Source of the DNA: an uncultured virus (IMG/VR IMGVR_UViG_3300025610_000020)
Lineage: Duplodnaviria; Heunggongvirae; Uroviricota; Caudoviricetes
DNA: 64,000 bases
IMG/VR virus record: IMGVR_UViG_3300025610_000020
Strand: one strand, 5' to 3'
The notes beneath the pieces were generated by a model. That model worked only from the letters and a program-made list of their open reading frames with translations, made no database searches and was not told the DNA's origin. Shown here piece after piece: positions 1-8,867 of the stretch. Numbering within the stretch: the first letter of the stretch is position 1; each line of letters begins with the position of its first letter. The translations under genes were made by a program, and so were the position numbers.

Positions 1-68
1 CCATAAAGCAAAGACATGAATGCAATGCAACCTAGGGATAAGATCCCAGTAATTTGTAGTGCTTCCAT
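1..68 (-). CDS. small membrane protein, runs off window edge (MEALQITGILSLGCIAFMSLLY...)
   Basis: ATG at 66-68 just after the stop of the upstream gene; hydrophobic; truncated by window. Confidence 0.55.
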   Translation of the reverse strand, partial: MEALQITGILSLGCIAFMSLLY

Positions 69-71
69 GGC

Positions 72-236
72 TTACTTAACGTAAGTACGACCACGATAGC
101 AGAAAGTGCCGTGAGTTTCCTCATTTGCATGACATACATCATACTCAACACCACGATAAGAAGTGTGGAGAATTTGTGCGTCATGTAGAGCAGCAGCTTT
201 ATCAATCTGCTTTTTGATCATTTGAAGTGTGTTCAT
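72..236 (-). CDS. DUF4278-like small protein (54 aa, two YRG motifs)
   Basis: Manual translation MNTLQMIKKQIDKAAALHDAQILHTSYRGVEYDVCHANEETHGTFCYRGRTYVK; AGGAG SD at 243-247; YRG motifs typical of DUF4278. Confidence 0.75.
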   Translation of the reverse strand: MNTLQMIKKQIDKAAALHDAQILHTSYRGVEYDVCHANEETHGTFCYRGRTYVK

Positions 237-295
237 GATTGACTCCTGAAAAAATGGAAAGTTAACCTTCTCTGCCGTAGCAGGATCCGTTTTCC

Positions 296-541
296 CGTTC
301 CTTCAGTCGTTTGCGTCCTATTTCTTGAGACACTTAAGCGCCATATGACGACCAAACAAATTAGACAAGACTCTTTTCTTGTTTTTTTCAGGAATATCAG
401 ATTCCATTACGGTCTCTGCTATTTCCCTAACTTGAACACAAGTTAGGTTTGGTTGTCGTAAATTCGCCATAAGAAAAAGTTCAATCATAGGATGAACGCT
501 CCGTTCCGCGACTTACTTGCGTCTGGTTTCCCAGATGAACG
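296..541 (-). promoter_or_regulatory. tandem glutamine-riboswitch-like aptamers (glnA/Downstream-peptide class); second aptamer interrupted by an ORF
   Basis: Aptamer 1 (541-502): CGUUC-A-UCUGG-GAAA-CCAGA-CGCAAGUAAGUCGCG-GAACG. Aptamer 2 (498-296): CGUUC-A-UCCUAU...AUAGGA-CGCAAACGACUGAAG-GAACG. Lies upstream of a DUF4278-like gene. Confidence 0.7.
318..488 (-). CDS. 56-aa hypothetical protein nested in aptamer P2 loop
   Basis: Open frame ATG 486-488 to TAG 318-320: MIELFLMANLRQPNLTCVQVREIAETVMESDIPEKNKKRVLSNLFGRHMALKCLKK. Confidence 0.6.
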   Translation of the reverse strand: MIELFLMANLRQPNLTCVQVREIAETVMESDIPEKNKKRVLSNLFGRHMALKCLKK

Positions 542-549
542 ACAGGCCT

Positions 550-579
550 ATTATAGACCCTCATACCTTATTTAGTCAA
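550..579 (-). promoter_or_regulatory. sigma70-type promoter driving the riboswitch leader
   Basis: TTGACT (579-574), 18-bp spacer, TATAAT (555-550), a few nt before aptamer 1. Confidence 0.6.
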
Positions 580-767
580 CCCATGTCGAAATTCTCTGAT
601 TCTTCGATCAAACGGTCGATTATGGTGTTTTTACCACTCAACTTTTCAATGGCATGGAGATTAGATTTTTGGTATTTCTTCAATTTCTTGTATTTCTTCA
701 CCAAACGGGTAAGATCCTGTTTTGGAATCTCAATGTCAATGTTGTCAATATCAAATCCTTTAGTCAT
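576..767 (-). CDS. hypothetical protein
   Basis: ORF track, 63 aa, co-oriented. Confidence 0.6.
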   Translation of the reverse strand: MTKGFDIDNIDIEIPKQDLTRLVKKYKKLKKYQKSNLHAIEKLSGKNTIIDRLIEESENFDMG

Positions 768-834
768 TTTTTAAAAAACCCTACAGAACAAAAAAAGCCA
801 GAGATTTTTTTTCCCGACTTTTTGGAATAAAAAG

Positions 835-1485
835 CTAAATTTGGTTTTGGACCTCTTTCCAATCCTTGTCAAAGATCTCTAAACCCTTATCGGTTAGAAT
901 GTGATCATACATCTGATCAAATACCTTAGGTGGCATCGTGCAGATCTGAGCACCATTATACCAAGAACGAATCGCACGTTGAACACTACGAATTGATGCA
1001 GAAAGAACCTGAGTCTTTACTCCATGAATACGATAGAGTTCAGAGATGGAACGTACAACCTCAAGACCAGCAACAGACTGATCATCAAGACGGCCAACGA
1101 ATGGCGAAACATAAGTCGCACCAGCCTTAGCGGCAAGAACTGCCTGAGCAGCACTAAAGATGAGAGTTACATTGACCTTGATGTTTTGATCAGAAAGTGA
1201 TTTACAAACAGCAAGTCCTTCACGGGTACAAGGTACTTTAATTGTGGCAACATTACCAAACTTTTCATAAAGGCGTTTACCCTCACAATACATTTGGCCT
1301 TCATCGCCAACAACTTCCATACTGATATCTTTGATGCCAATATCTTTGATTTCTTGATAGACATCTTCTGGATTTTTACCACTTTTCATAATCAGAGTTG
1401 GATTAGTGGTGACACCATCAATCAAACCAGTTCGATAATAATGATTGATTAATTCTGTATCTGCTGTATCAAGAAAAATTTTCAT
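835..1485 (-). CDS. talC: transaldolase TalC
   Basis: MKIFLDTAD, GVTTNPTL, IKVP, YVSPFVGRLDD, SASIRS motifs; start taken at MKIFLD. Confidence 0.97.
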   Translation of the reverse strand: MKIFLDTADTELINHYYRTGLIDGVTTNPTLIMKSGKNPEDVYQEIKDIGIKDISMEVVGDEGQMYCEGKRLYEKFGNVATIKVPCTREGLAVCKSLSDQNIKVNVTLIFSAAQAVLAAKAGATYVSPFVGRLDDQSVAGLEVVRSISELYRIHGVKTQVLSASIRSVQRAIRSWYNGAQICTMPPKVFDQMYDHILTDKGLEIFDKDWKEVQNQI

Positions 1486-1524
1486 ATAATTGTGCGTGTA
1501 CTTCATGGGGGAAAAATTATAACA

Positions 1525-1689
1525 TTAGGAACTGAATTCGTCAAGCATATCTAGAATATCATTTAAAGCTTCATGATATCCATCGTGCCATTCACCACCT
1601 TTATCGTGGTGTTTTCCATCATATAATGCGGTTTTTAGTTTGTATATTCTTGGAAGAATATCAATTTTTGAGAGTCTTGATCTGGGCAT
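1525..1689 (-). CDS. small hypothetical protein (54 aa)
   Basis: Manual ORF MPRSRLSKIDILPRIYKLKTALYDGKHHDKGGEWHDGYHEALNDILDMLDEFSS. Confidence 0.6.
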   Translation of the reverse strand: MPRSRLSKIDILPRIYKLKTALYDGKHHDKGGEWHDGYHEALNDILDMLDEFSS

Positions 1690-1694
1690 TGGTA

Positions 1695-1823
1695 TTATCC
1701 TTCATCATAGTTTAGAACTTGTACTACCACGTAACCAACTCCAATAAGGAGAATGATTATAGAGATAATTACACTCCATGTTGGATCGTTTATATCATTC
1801 AGTGGGCGGAGTATGAGATTCAC
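1695..1823 (-). CDS. small membrane protein
   Basis: GTG start NLILRPLNDINDPTWSVIISIIILLIGVGYVVVQV; one TM helix; start uncertain. Confidence 0.5.
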   Translation of the reverse strand: MNLILRPLNDINDPTWSVIISIIILLIGVGYVVVQVLNYDEG

Positions 1824-2289
1824 GGAATGGTTCCCAATGTTGCCACCCATATTTATGGACAGCCCACATACCCATAATGGGTACAAATACAAGAAAAAAT
1901 GACATGAATCCTAGAGACCATGAATTCTGCATAACATGGCGAACGAATAGCATCATTAGTCAAAAAGGGTAGCAATAAAAAATATGAGAAGTCCAAAGAT
2001 AATAGGAAACATTAATATCACTAGTTGTGAAATTTCCATTTTACTGTGTAGTTTGCAAGATTTGTTTTATGTGCAAAGAATGATTCGGTAATAAACCATT
2101 CGCTAGCTCTAGAATAAATGACGTGTTGTTTTCCTTCGACGATAATGATGTATTTTTTCATTTGTTAAAAGTGCTCATCATCCTCGTCTGGTTCATAAAG
2201 TGGACATGGTTCTTCAAAAAGGTATGCTATCCGAAGATCGTATACCTTTTCTCTCAACGACTTGTAAAACTCTTTCCTTTCTTCTTCGG

Positions 2290-2613
2290 TCATTCCACAT
2301 GTACTACTGCAACCATACCTGCTCCCTTGTGAGGGCCGCACCAATAAGTATAGTCACCTGCTTCAGGAAATGCAACTTCAAAGTCTTCACCTGGTAACAT
2401 AGCGAGACCTTCATGTCCCAACTCTGGATGATCCTCCACGATTACATTATGAGGAGGAAGCATATTATTAATAAAATGAACTGACTCACCAGCACTAATA
2501 GTGACTTCAGCAGGCTCAAAAACAAGATTACCATCGTAACCCATTTGAACGTCAACAGCCCATGCAGGAAGTGCAAGAAATAGTGTTGTGAGTAGTGCGA
2601 TAAAAACCTTCAT
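2290..2613 (-). CDS. petE: plastocyanin
   Basis: Signal peptide, PHNVI, YWCGPHKGAGM copper ligands. Confidence 0.95.
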   Translation of the reverse strand: MKVFIALLTTLFLALPAWAVDVQMGYDGNLVFEPAEVTISAGESVHFINNMLPPHNVIVEDHPELGHEGLAMLPGEDFEVAFPEAGDYTYWCGPHKGAGMVAVVHVE

Positions 2614-2619
2614 AAAAGA

Positions 2620-2823
2620 TTATTCGGCTATATTATCTAGGTATTCTTTCTCATTTTTATATAAAAAATCAAGATTTCTATCAAGATATATTTCGATTCC
2701 CTGACGTAAATCTGGTATCAACCATTCATCAATACGATAACAATATTGCCAATTAACTGGTTGAATACAATTCATTACCACAACGGACCAGAATGAGGTT
2801 GCGTAATTAATAAACGTGATCAT
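2620..2823 (-). CDS. hypothetical protein
   Basis: ORF track, tightly packed. Confidence 0.6.
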   Translation of the reverse strand: MITFINYATSFWSVVVMNCIQPVNWQYCYRIDEWLIPDLRQGIEIYLDRNLDFLYKNEKEYLDNIAE

Positions 2824-3143
2824 TCTTTCTGACTCTCCAATGCTTCTTTGAGTGCTTCTGTTACATTCTCTTTGAATGAACGATAAGGAATAAAGAGTTC
2901 ATCATCCTCAGTCTTGTAGTCCTGGTGTGTCTCTTTGAATTGACGCTCTACCTCATACACAAGATTGGATACAATGTCATTGATGATTTCAATGGACTTT
3001 GGTTTGATTGAGTGCCACTTAAAGCCAGGGAAGATGTCATCCTTGACACGATCTAGCATTGCTTTTTTACATTGCCATTGATCATCAAAGATGTTGAGAA
3101 ACTCTTGCCAGTCGTCTTTGGTTTTGAAATTGGGAATACTCAT
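2820..3143 (-). CDS. hypothetical protein
   Basis: ORF track; directly downstream of consensus promoter. Confidence 0.7.
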   Translation of the reverse strand: MSIPNFKTKDDWQEFLNIFDDQWQCKKAMLDRVKDDIFPGFKWHSIKPKSIEIINDIVSNLVYEVERQFKETHQDYKTEDDELFIPYRSFKENVTEALKEALESQKE

Positions 3144-3166
3144 AGTGACTGATTGACTATAAGAGT

Positions 3167-3206
3167 ATTATACAATAAAAAACCACCCCTGTCAAAAGAG
3201 GTGGTC
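3167..3206 (-). promoter_or_regulatory. consensus sigma70 promoter overlapping the psbD terminator hairpin
   Basis: TTGACA (3195-3190), 17 bp, TATAAT (3172-3167); ACCACC/GGTGGT hairpin plus U-run. Confidence 0.75.
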
Positions 3207-3257
3207 TTATTAAAGGTTTAACCGTTTTCTTTTAATAAGAGAAATCCTTATTAAAGG

Positions 3258-4316
3258 TTAGAGTGCGTTGCCCCTCGGAAGAACTTCCTCTGGAAATACA
3301 AACTGCTCATGGGGCTGGTCTACTGGTGCCATCCAGGCACGAAGACCTTCATTCAAAAGAATGTTTTTCGTATAGAAAGTTTCAAACTCTGGATCCTCTG
3401 CTGCTCTCAATTCTTGAGAAACAAAATCGTATGCACGAAGGTTGAGTGCGAGTCCGATAATTCCGATGGAAGAAGTCCAAAGACCCATAACAGGAACAAA
3501 CAGCATGAAAAAATGCAACCAACGCTTATTGCTAAACGCAATACCGAAAATTTGTGACCAAAAACGATTAGCCGTAACCATGGAATAAGTTTCTTCTTCC
3601 TGAGTCGGTTCAAATGCTTTGAAAGTGTTTGCTTGTTCACCATCTTCAAATAGAGTGTTTTCTACAGTAGCACCATGAATAGCACAGAGCAGTGCTCCTC
3701 CCAATATACCAGCAACACCCATCATATGGAAGGGATTGAGCGTCCAGTTGTGGAAACCTTGGAGGAACAAGAGGAACCTGAAGATGGCCGCAACCCCGAA
3801 CGAGGGGGCAAAGAACCAACTAGATTGCCCGAGAGGGTACATAAGGAAAACGCTGACAAAGACAGCAATCGGGCCAGAGAAAGCAATCGCATTGTATGGT
3901 CTAATCCCTACGAGTCTGGCAATCTCAAATTGCCTGAGCATAAAACCTATGAGAGCGAAGGCACCGTGGAGCGCCACAAAAGCCCAGAGTCCCCCAAGTT
4001 GGAACCAGCGGACGAGATCTCCCTGAGCTTCTGGACCCCATAGAAGAAGTAGGGAATGTCCGAGAGCGTCAGCAGGAGTTGATACAGCAGCAGTAAGGAA
4101 ATTACATCCCTCAAGATACGAAGAAGCAATCCCGTGAGTGTACCAGCTTGTGACGAACGTTGTGCCAGTGAGCCAACCGCCCAGTGCCAGGTAAGCAGTA
4201 GGGAACAGAAGAAGACCTGACCAACCAACAAAAACGAACCTATCACGCTTAAGCCAGTCATCGAGTACATCAAACCACCCCCTTGTTTGTTGTTGTGTTA
4301 GTGTGCTTGCGACCAT
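3258..4316 (-). CDS. psbD: photosystem II D2 protein
   Basis: [16 protein letters not shown]...[10 protein letters not shown]. Confidence 0.99.
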   Translation of the reverse strand: MVASTLTQQQTRGWFDVLDDWLKRDRFVFVGWSGLLLFPTAYLALGGWLTGTTFVTSWYTHGIASSYLEGCNFLTAAVSTPADALGHSLLLLWGPEAQGDLVRWFQLGGLWAFVALHGAFALIGFMLRQFEIARLVGIRPYNAIAFSGPIAVFVSVFLMYPLGQSSWFFAPSFGVAAIFRFLLFLQGFHNWTLNPFHMMGVAGILGGALLCAIHGATVENTLFEDGEQANTFKAFEPTQEEETYSMVTANRFWSQIFGIAFSNKRWLHFFMLFVPVMGLWTSSIGIIGLALNLRAYDFVSQELRAAEDPEFETFYTKNILLNEGLRAWMAPVDQPHEQFVFPEEVLPRGNAL

Positions 4317-4410
4317 TAGTTTTTTCCTTTTCTTTTTTTAACCAGAATAGTTGAGGGTAAGTATCCATGATAATCTCCCTCAGTTTGTAAGGTGTATTGT
4401 CGTCTATCAT
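4270..4410 (-). CDS. small hypothetical ORF between psbA and psbD
   Basis: [30 protein letters not shown]..., overlaps psbD start. Confidence 0.4.
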   Translation of the reverse strand: MIDDNTPYKLREIIMDTYPQLFWLKKEKEKTNGRKHTNTTTNKGVV

Positions 4411-4418
4411 AGTAGATG

Positions 4419-4442
4419 AAAAAGGGACCCGAAGGTCCCTTA
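4419..4442 (-). terminator. rho-independent terminator after psbA
   Basis: AAGGGACC-TTCG-GGTCCCTT followed by U-run. Confidence 0.8.
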
Positions 4443-4483
4443 GTTGTTTTCCTAATAAATGACTCTTATTAAGATTACGAGTA

Positions 4484-5563
4484 TCAACCAACAGCAGGTG
4501 CGGTGAGTGCAACAGGAGTTGACTCAGCAGCAGCGAGGTCAAGAGGGAAGTTGTGAGCATTACGCTCATGCATTACCTCCATGCCGAGGTTGGCACGGTT
4601 GAGGACATCAGCCCAGGTGTTCAGGACTTTGCCCTGACTATCCATGATGGACTGGTTGAAGTTGAAACCGTTGAGGTTGAATGCCATGGTGCTAACACCA
4701 AGAGCAGTGAACCAGATTCCTACAACAGGCCAAGCAGCGAGGAAGAAGTGAAGTGAACGGGAGTTGTTGAAGGATGCATATTGGAAGATTAGACGACCAA
4801 AGTATCCATGAGCAGCAACAATGTTGTAAGTCTCTTCTTCTTGACCGAACTTGTAACCATAGTTCTGGGACTCGTTCTCAGTGGTTTCACGAACTAGTGA
4901 AGATGTAACTAGTGAACCGTGCATTGCACTGAATAGTGAACCACCGAAGACACCAGCCACACCAAGCATATGGAAGGGGTGCATCAGGATGTTATGTTCT
5001 GCCTGGAAAACAAGCATGAAGTTAAAAGTACCACTAATGCCGAGAGGCATACCGTCAGAGAAAGATCCCTGACCAAAGGGGTAGACGAGGAAGACAGCAG
5101 AAGCAGCAGCAACAGGAGCGGAGTAAGCAACACAGATCCAAGGGCGCATACCCAGACGATAGGACAATTCCCACTCACGGCCCATGTAGCAGAAGATGCC
5201 GATTAGGAAGTGGAATACTACAAGTTGGTAAGGACCACCATTGTACAGCCACTCGTCAAGAGATGCAGCTTCCCAGATGGGATAGAAGTGTAGACCAATT
5301 GCATTAGAGGAAGGAACAACAGCACCAGAGATGATGTTGTTGCCATAGAGAAGGGAACCTGCAACGGGTTCGCGAATTCCATCGATGTCAACTGGTGGGG
5401 CAGCGATGAATGCGATAATGAAACAAAGTGTAGCAGCTAGTAGGGTTGGAATCATAAGAGTTCCGAACCAGCCAACATAAAGACGATTGTTGGTGGAAGT
5501 TACCCAGTCAGTGAACTGTTCCCAAGTATTCGATTGTTTTTGTGAAAGAGTTGAAGCGGACAT
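4484..5563 (-). CDS. psbA: photosystem II D1 protein (no intron)
   Basis: NRLYVGWFG...[13 protein letters not shown]; continuous ORF. Confidence 0.99.
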   Translation of the reverse strand: MSASTLSQKQSNTWEQFTDWVTSTNNRLYVGWFGTLMIPTLLAATLCFIIAFIAAPPVDIDGIREPVAGSLLYGNNIISGAVVPSSNAIGLHFYPIWEAASLDEWLYNGGPYQLVVFHFLIGIFCYMGREWELSYRLGMRPWICVAYSAPVAAASAVFLVYPFGQGSFSDGMPLGISGTFNFMLVFQAEHNILMHPFHMLGVAGVFGGSLFSAMHGSLVTSSLVRETTENESQNYGYKFGQEEETYNIVAAHGYFGRLIFQYASFNNSRSLHFFLAAWPVVGIWFTALGVSTMAFNLNGFNFNQSIMDSQGKVLNTWADVLNRANLGMEVMHERNAHNFPLDLAAAESTPVALTAPAVG

Positions 5564-5599
5564 TTGAAAAAGGGTTAAGTAAAAGTTCGGGGGAACGAA

Positions 5600-5690
5600 C
5601 CAGTTATTAGTATTTCCGTGCCACCCTCCGGCTCGGATATTAGAGACGTGATTTAGACTCCCTAGAGGTCTCGGTTTACGGAGAGTTTAC
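5600..5690 (-). ncRNA. PhotoRC-II-like structured psbA leader RNA
   Basis: GAGAC...GUCUC stem followed by UCCG...GAGGGU...CGGA hairpin in the psbA 5' UTR; resembles the cyanophage psbA leader motif as recalled; boundaries approximate. Confidence 0.6.
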
Positions 5691-5734
5691 AATAGATTAA
5701 AAAACGTTACGTTTCTTAACCCATTGACTTATTT

Positions 5735-5763
5735 AGTATAACAGAATCCAGAGGACCTGTCAA
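5735..5763 (-). promoter_or_regulatory. psbA promoter (sigma70) with overlapping late-promoter-like CTAAATA
   Basis: TTGACA, 17 bp, TATACT, then AAATA. Confidence 0.7.
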
Positions 5764-5807
5764 GGGGTCTAATGGGGATAAATAGCCCAGCGTCTCAAAA
5801 CGAGCGA

Positions 5808-6293
5808 ATGAAAAAAGCACTTGTGCTTCTTAGTATGTTAGCGATGGCGGCTCCTGCACATGCCGATATTACTCATAAAATTTCTTCCTCAGTTCAACTA
5901 ACAGTTGATGCATCTGCCTCACAGGCAACTCGTCTTGGTTCTACTTATTCGGTAAGTGGTAGCAATCTTACTGTCACAACACCAGGTGGACTTGGAACAC
6001 TTAGTTCAGGAAGTGCCGTTGACTATACAGCAACATCTTATACAGCACCCAGCACAGGGACATACTCTTTTAGCGAATCATTCATTGAAGGAGATGCAAT
6101 CCCAACAGGAACGACCGTTTCTAGCGGTGTGGTTGGAACCTTACCCGCATTTGGAAGCGTCACCACAACTGCTGGTGGCGTGGCTGGTGCTCTCGCTGGT
6201 ACTATCGATAGTACTCACACTATTGGACTAACTGCTGGTGGCTCTGGTACTTCTGCTACTGGCCAATTTGTATCTGAAATTACTGTTAAATAA
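5808..6293 (+). CDS. secreted Ser/Thr/Gly-rich protein
   Basis: Signal peptide MKKALVLLSMLAMAAPAHA; late-type ATAAATA promoter at ~5778. Confidence 0.8.
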   Translation: MKKALVLLSMLAMAAPAHADITHKISSSVQLTVDASASQATRLGSTYSVSGSNLTVTTPGGLGTLSSGSAVDYTATSYTAPSTGTYSFSESFIEGDAIPTGTTVSSGVVGTLPAFGSVTTTAGGVAGALAGTIDSTHTIGLTAGGSGTSATGQFVSEITVK

Positions 6294-6303
6294 CGTATGG
6301 TAA

Positions 6304-6741
6304 ATGGTAATGAAACAAATTACAGTTGTGGGTGCCGTTGCTCTAATTGTATCGGCACCCCTTTCTGCGACTGCTGTTCCCGTTGTACCAAATTTCACTC
6401 AGGGTTCAATGACGAGCCACACAGAGACGACGCAGAAGATAACAGAGACAATCAACTCGATGGACTATAACACAGGGTATCAATACTCTATAACTGGTAG
6501 TGGTATCTCTGCATCTGGATCATTATCTCCTTCAACATCATCTTCTTCATCAAATATCAATGGGGTGACTTCAACATGGACTGGATTAAACACACGACCA
6601 AACTTTGTTCAGACGACACCAGGGGCTGCATTTCAGTATACAGAAACTTATATGGGTCCTGGTTTAAGCAATCAAACAATAATTCAAAGAACGACGGAAA
6701 TAAAAAGCGTAACAGACACAACAAGTATATTCTCGCAATAA
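6304..6741 (+). CDS. secreted Thr/Ser-rich protein
   Basis: Signal-peptide-like N-terminus; ORF track. Confidence 0.8.
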   Translation: MVMKQITVVGAVALIVSAPLSATAVPVVPNFTQGSMTSHTETTQKITETINSMDYNTGYQYSITGSGISASGSLSPSTSSSSSNINGVTSTWTGLNTRPNFVQTTPGAAFQYTETYMGPGLSNQTIIQRTTEIKSVTDTTSIFSQ

Positions 6742-7463
6742 TTACACTGTTCTTTGCAACACCTTCCCATGCTGAAACCGTTGGTGGTGTCTCTGCTACT
6801 GCTGCTCCTGTTGCTAATTCCTCAGGCAGTGTTACAAACCAGGCTATACAAGTTCTTCAGGGACCATACATTACAAACACCTATGGTGGTGGTATTCAAT
6901 GCCAAGGGCCCACTCTTAACATTACCCCATTCATAACTGGATCTGCATCTGCTCAAAAACCATACGATCCATACTATATGGATCCTGTTTATGATATGAG
7001 AGATATGGATGAAGATGGTGCTCCAGACAATCCTGGAGATATTCTTTATCGTATTCCAGTAAGAACTGGCCAAAAGGATAATTATAATCTTTCTCTTGGA
7101 GTTTCTGCTACTTGGTCAATACCACAAGATAAAAAACTACAAGACCAATGTAAAGAAGCAGCTGCTGCTAACATCGATCTGATGAAACAAACAACTGCTA
7201 ATAAGAGATTAGATTTTGAAATTGCTAGACTAAAGAATTGTGGTGAGCTTATGAAGCAAGGTATCTACTTCCACCCCAAGTCACCGTATTATAAAGTGTG
7301 TGCGGATGTGGTTGTAACAAATCCTGGTGGTGTTATTCCTCCACACAGACATACTATCCCTTCGGTTTCAAAGTCTGCCGCAACACCCGAATCGCGTGTG
7401 AGCGTTCGCGCTGAAGATCTCGGCGGTCCCTTACGGACAGGACCTCAGGTGTCTTCCCCCTGA
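6576..7463 (+). CDS. secreted hypothetical protein (true start uncertain)
   Basis: Signal-peptide-like YILAIITLFFATPSHA at ~6730-6773; four Cys in the predicted mature region. Confidence 0.7.
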   Translation: MDWIKHTTKLCSDDTRGCISVYRNLYGSWFKQSNNNSKNDGNKKRNRHNKYILAIITLFFATPSHAETVGGVSATAAPVANSSGSVTNQAIQVLQGPYITNTYGGGIQCQGPTLNITPFITGSASAQKPYDPYYMDPVYDMRDMDEDGAPDNPGDILYRIPVRTGQKDNYNLSLGVSATWSIPQDKKLQDQCKEAAAANIDLMKQTTANKRLDFEIARLKNCGELMKQGIYFHPKSPYYKVCADVVVTNPGGVIPPHRHTIPSVSKSAATPESRVSVRAEDLGGPLRTGPQVSSP

Positions 7464-8124
7464 TAGCAGCAATCTTTTTCATAACTTTCTTGACCGTTGG
7501 TTTGACAACCTTGAGTAGGATGTCTGCCAGCGGTTTTGCCATAAGTGCTGATGCTGTTGCCACTACAGCAATACCACCAGTGGTCATGACAGCACCAGGA
7601 CTAGGAAGACCAGCAACAATCTGCTCTGGTAGAGGCACTGGTTCTGTAATCTGAATACACTGATTGCCAACTAACTGGTAGTCAGTTACCTTCTTTCTGA
7701 ACCCCTCAATGTATGTTCCTACAGGTTCCTTGGCCTGCTGTGCTGGTGTGGGGCAGTCCACCTTAGCAGTAGCAGGTGGTGCTGCCTGAGGTAGTTCTAC
7801 TTGTCCTGGTGGTTCTGGTTTTTCTTTTCGTCTCGTATCTACCCCAGAAGGTCTTGTAGGAACTATCTGTTCAGGTTCAAAATTAATAGGATTATAACTG
7901 GGAATGCCAGAGTCACAATACGTAACCAAACCTCTCTCGTCATCACTTCCAAGAGTTTTGGATTTGTTGTTTGCTTCATGAGCCTCAACACACCCAGGGA
8001 TGTCCACGATAGGTACACCTATATTTACCGTAACTGGTGGTGCATATGGTAATGAGTATGAAGGATCATTAAAAGACCACTGAGGAATATCCAGTTCCCT
8101 AATTTTAATCTCTGGTATTTCCAT
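7354..8124 (-). CDS. Pro-rich membrane-anchored hypothetical protein
   Basis: ORF track; Cys pairs, C-terminal TM plus basic tail. Confidence 0.75.
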   Translation of the reverse strand: MEIPEIKIRELDIPQWSFNDPSYSLPYAPPVTVNIGVPIVDIPGCVEAHEANNKSKTLGSDDERGLVTYCDSGIPSYNPINFEPEQIVPTRPSGVDTRRKEKPEPPGQVELPQAAPPATAKVDCPTPAQQAKEPVGTYIEGFRKKVTDYQLVGNQCIQITEPVPLPEQIVAGLPSPGAVMTTGGIAVVATASALMAKPLADILLKVVKPTVKKVMKKIAAIRGKTPEVLSVRDRRDLQRERSHAIRVLRQTLKPKG

Positions 8125-8252
8125 TAATCATGAAAAAAGTTTAGAATAGCCGTCCAAGCAGAATGAAAAGCAACGAAGAGAAAAAATTGCTCCGTTGCTT
8201 CTTTTCTGATTTGTTTTTTATATGTGCGAGAAGTGTATGCAGTCCGAGTCAT
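8124..8252 (-). CDS. small hypothetical protein (42 aa)
   Basis: Manual ORF MTRTAYTSRTYKKQIRKEATEQFFLFVAFHSAWTAILNFFHD; TAATG coupling to next gene. Confidence 0.5.
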   Translation of the reverse strand: MTRTAYTSRTYKKQIRKEATEQFFLFVAFHSAWTAILNFFHD

Positions 8253-8298
8253 GACTATCAATTAATATTTTCATTATTTAACACTTCTCATGTAATTT

Positions 8299-8571
8299 TC
8301 AGAAAGGAATCGCACCGCCAGTTACATTTGGCAAAGGTGATTGTGTTGATTCTGAAACAACACCACCAGTCATTGATGGCATCTCGGGGATGGCTGAATT
8401 CACCATACCAGGAAGTGCTTCTGTAATTGTCTTGGTAATTTCCTCGGTAACTTTGGTGCGAGCATTCTCAATCATTACATCTTTGTTCATGTAAAGATAA
8501 GTTCCACCACCAATAACTCCAAGTGATACAAGACCAGATAGTAGAGCAATAGTATTAATCAACTTTTGCAT
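8299..8571 (-). CDS. membrane protein
   Basis: N-terminal TM; ORF track. Confidence 0.7.
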   Translation of the reverse strand: MQKLINTIALLSGLVSLGVIGGGTYLYMNKDVMIENARTKVTEEITKTITEALPGMVNSAIPEMPSMTGGVVSESTQSPLPNVTGGAIPF

Positions 8572-8842
8572 CTTTCTTCTCCTCTTTTACAGTAGGTTCT
8601 TCTTTCTTTTTAGCAGGAACAACCCCAAATGTGGCTAGAGTCCCAGTAAAAACGCTGGCAATAAAAGTTGGATCGATATTCTTTTGAGGGACACCAGGAA
8701 TAGTGACATAATTTAAAGTCAAAATTGCTGCAGACCAGCCCAAAATAAGAACGCGGACAAAGGTAGAAACACCTTCATCCGCCCAATCAAACTTGTTATC
8801 CTTTTTGGTATCCTCTTTTTTCTTCAGATTTGATTCTGTCAT
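8555..8842 (-). CDS. two-TM membrane protein
   Basis: IDPTFIASVFTGTLATFGV; ORF track. Confidence 0.7.
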   Translation of the reverse strand: MTESNLKKKEDTKKDNKFDWADEGVSTFVRVLILGWSAAILTLNYVTIPGVPQKNIDPTFIASVFTGTLATFGVVPAKKKEEPTVKEEKKDAKVD

Positions 8843-8867
8843 TTAAAAAGAGGTGAGGCCATGATAT

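Noticed and set aside
3263..5206. Several plus-strand ORFs antisense to psbD and psbA
   Set aside because: Shadow frames of highly conserved genes; no RBS or recognisable motifs
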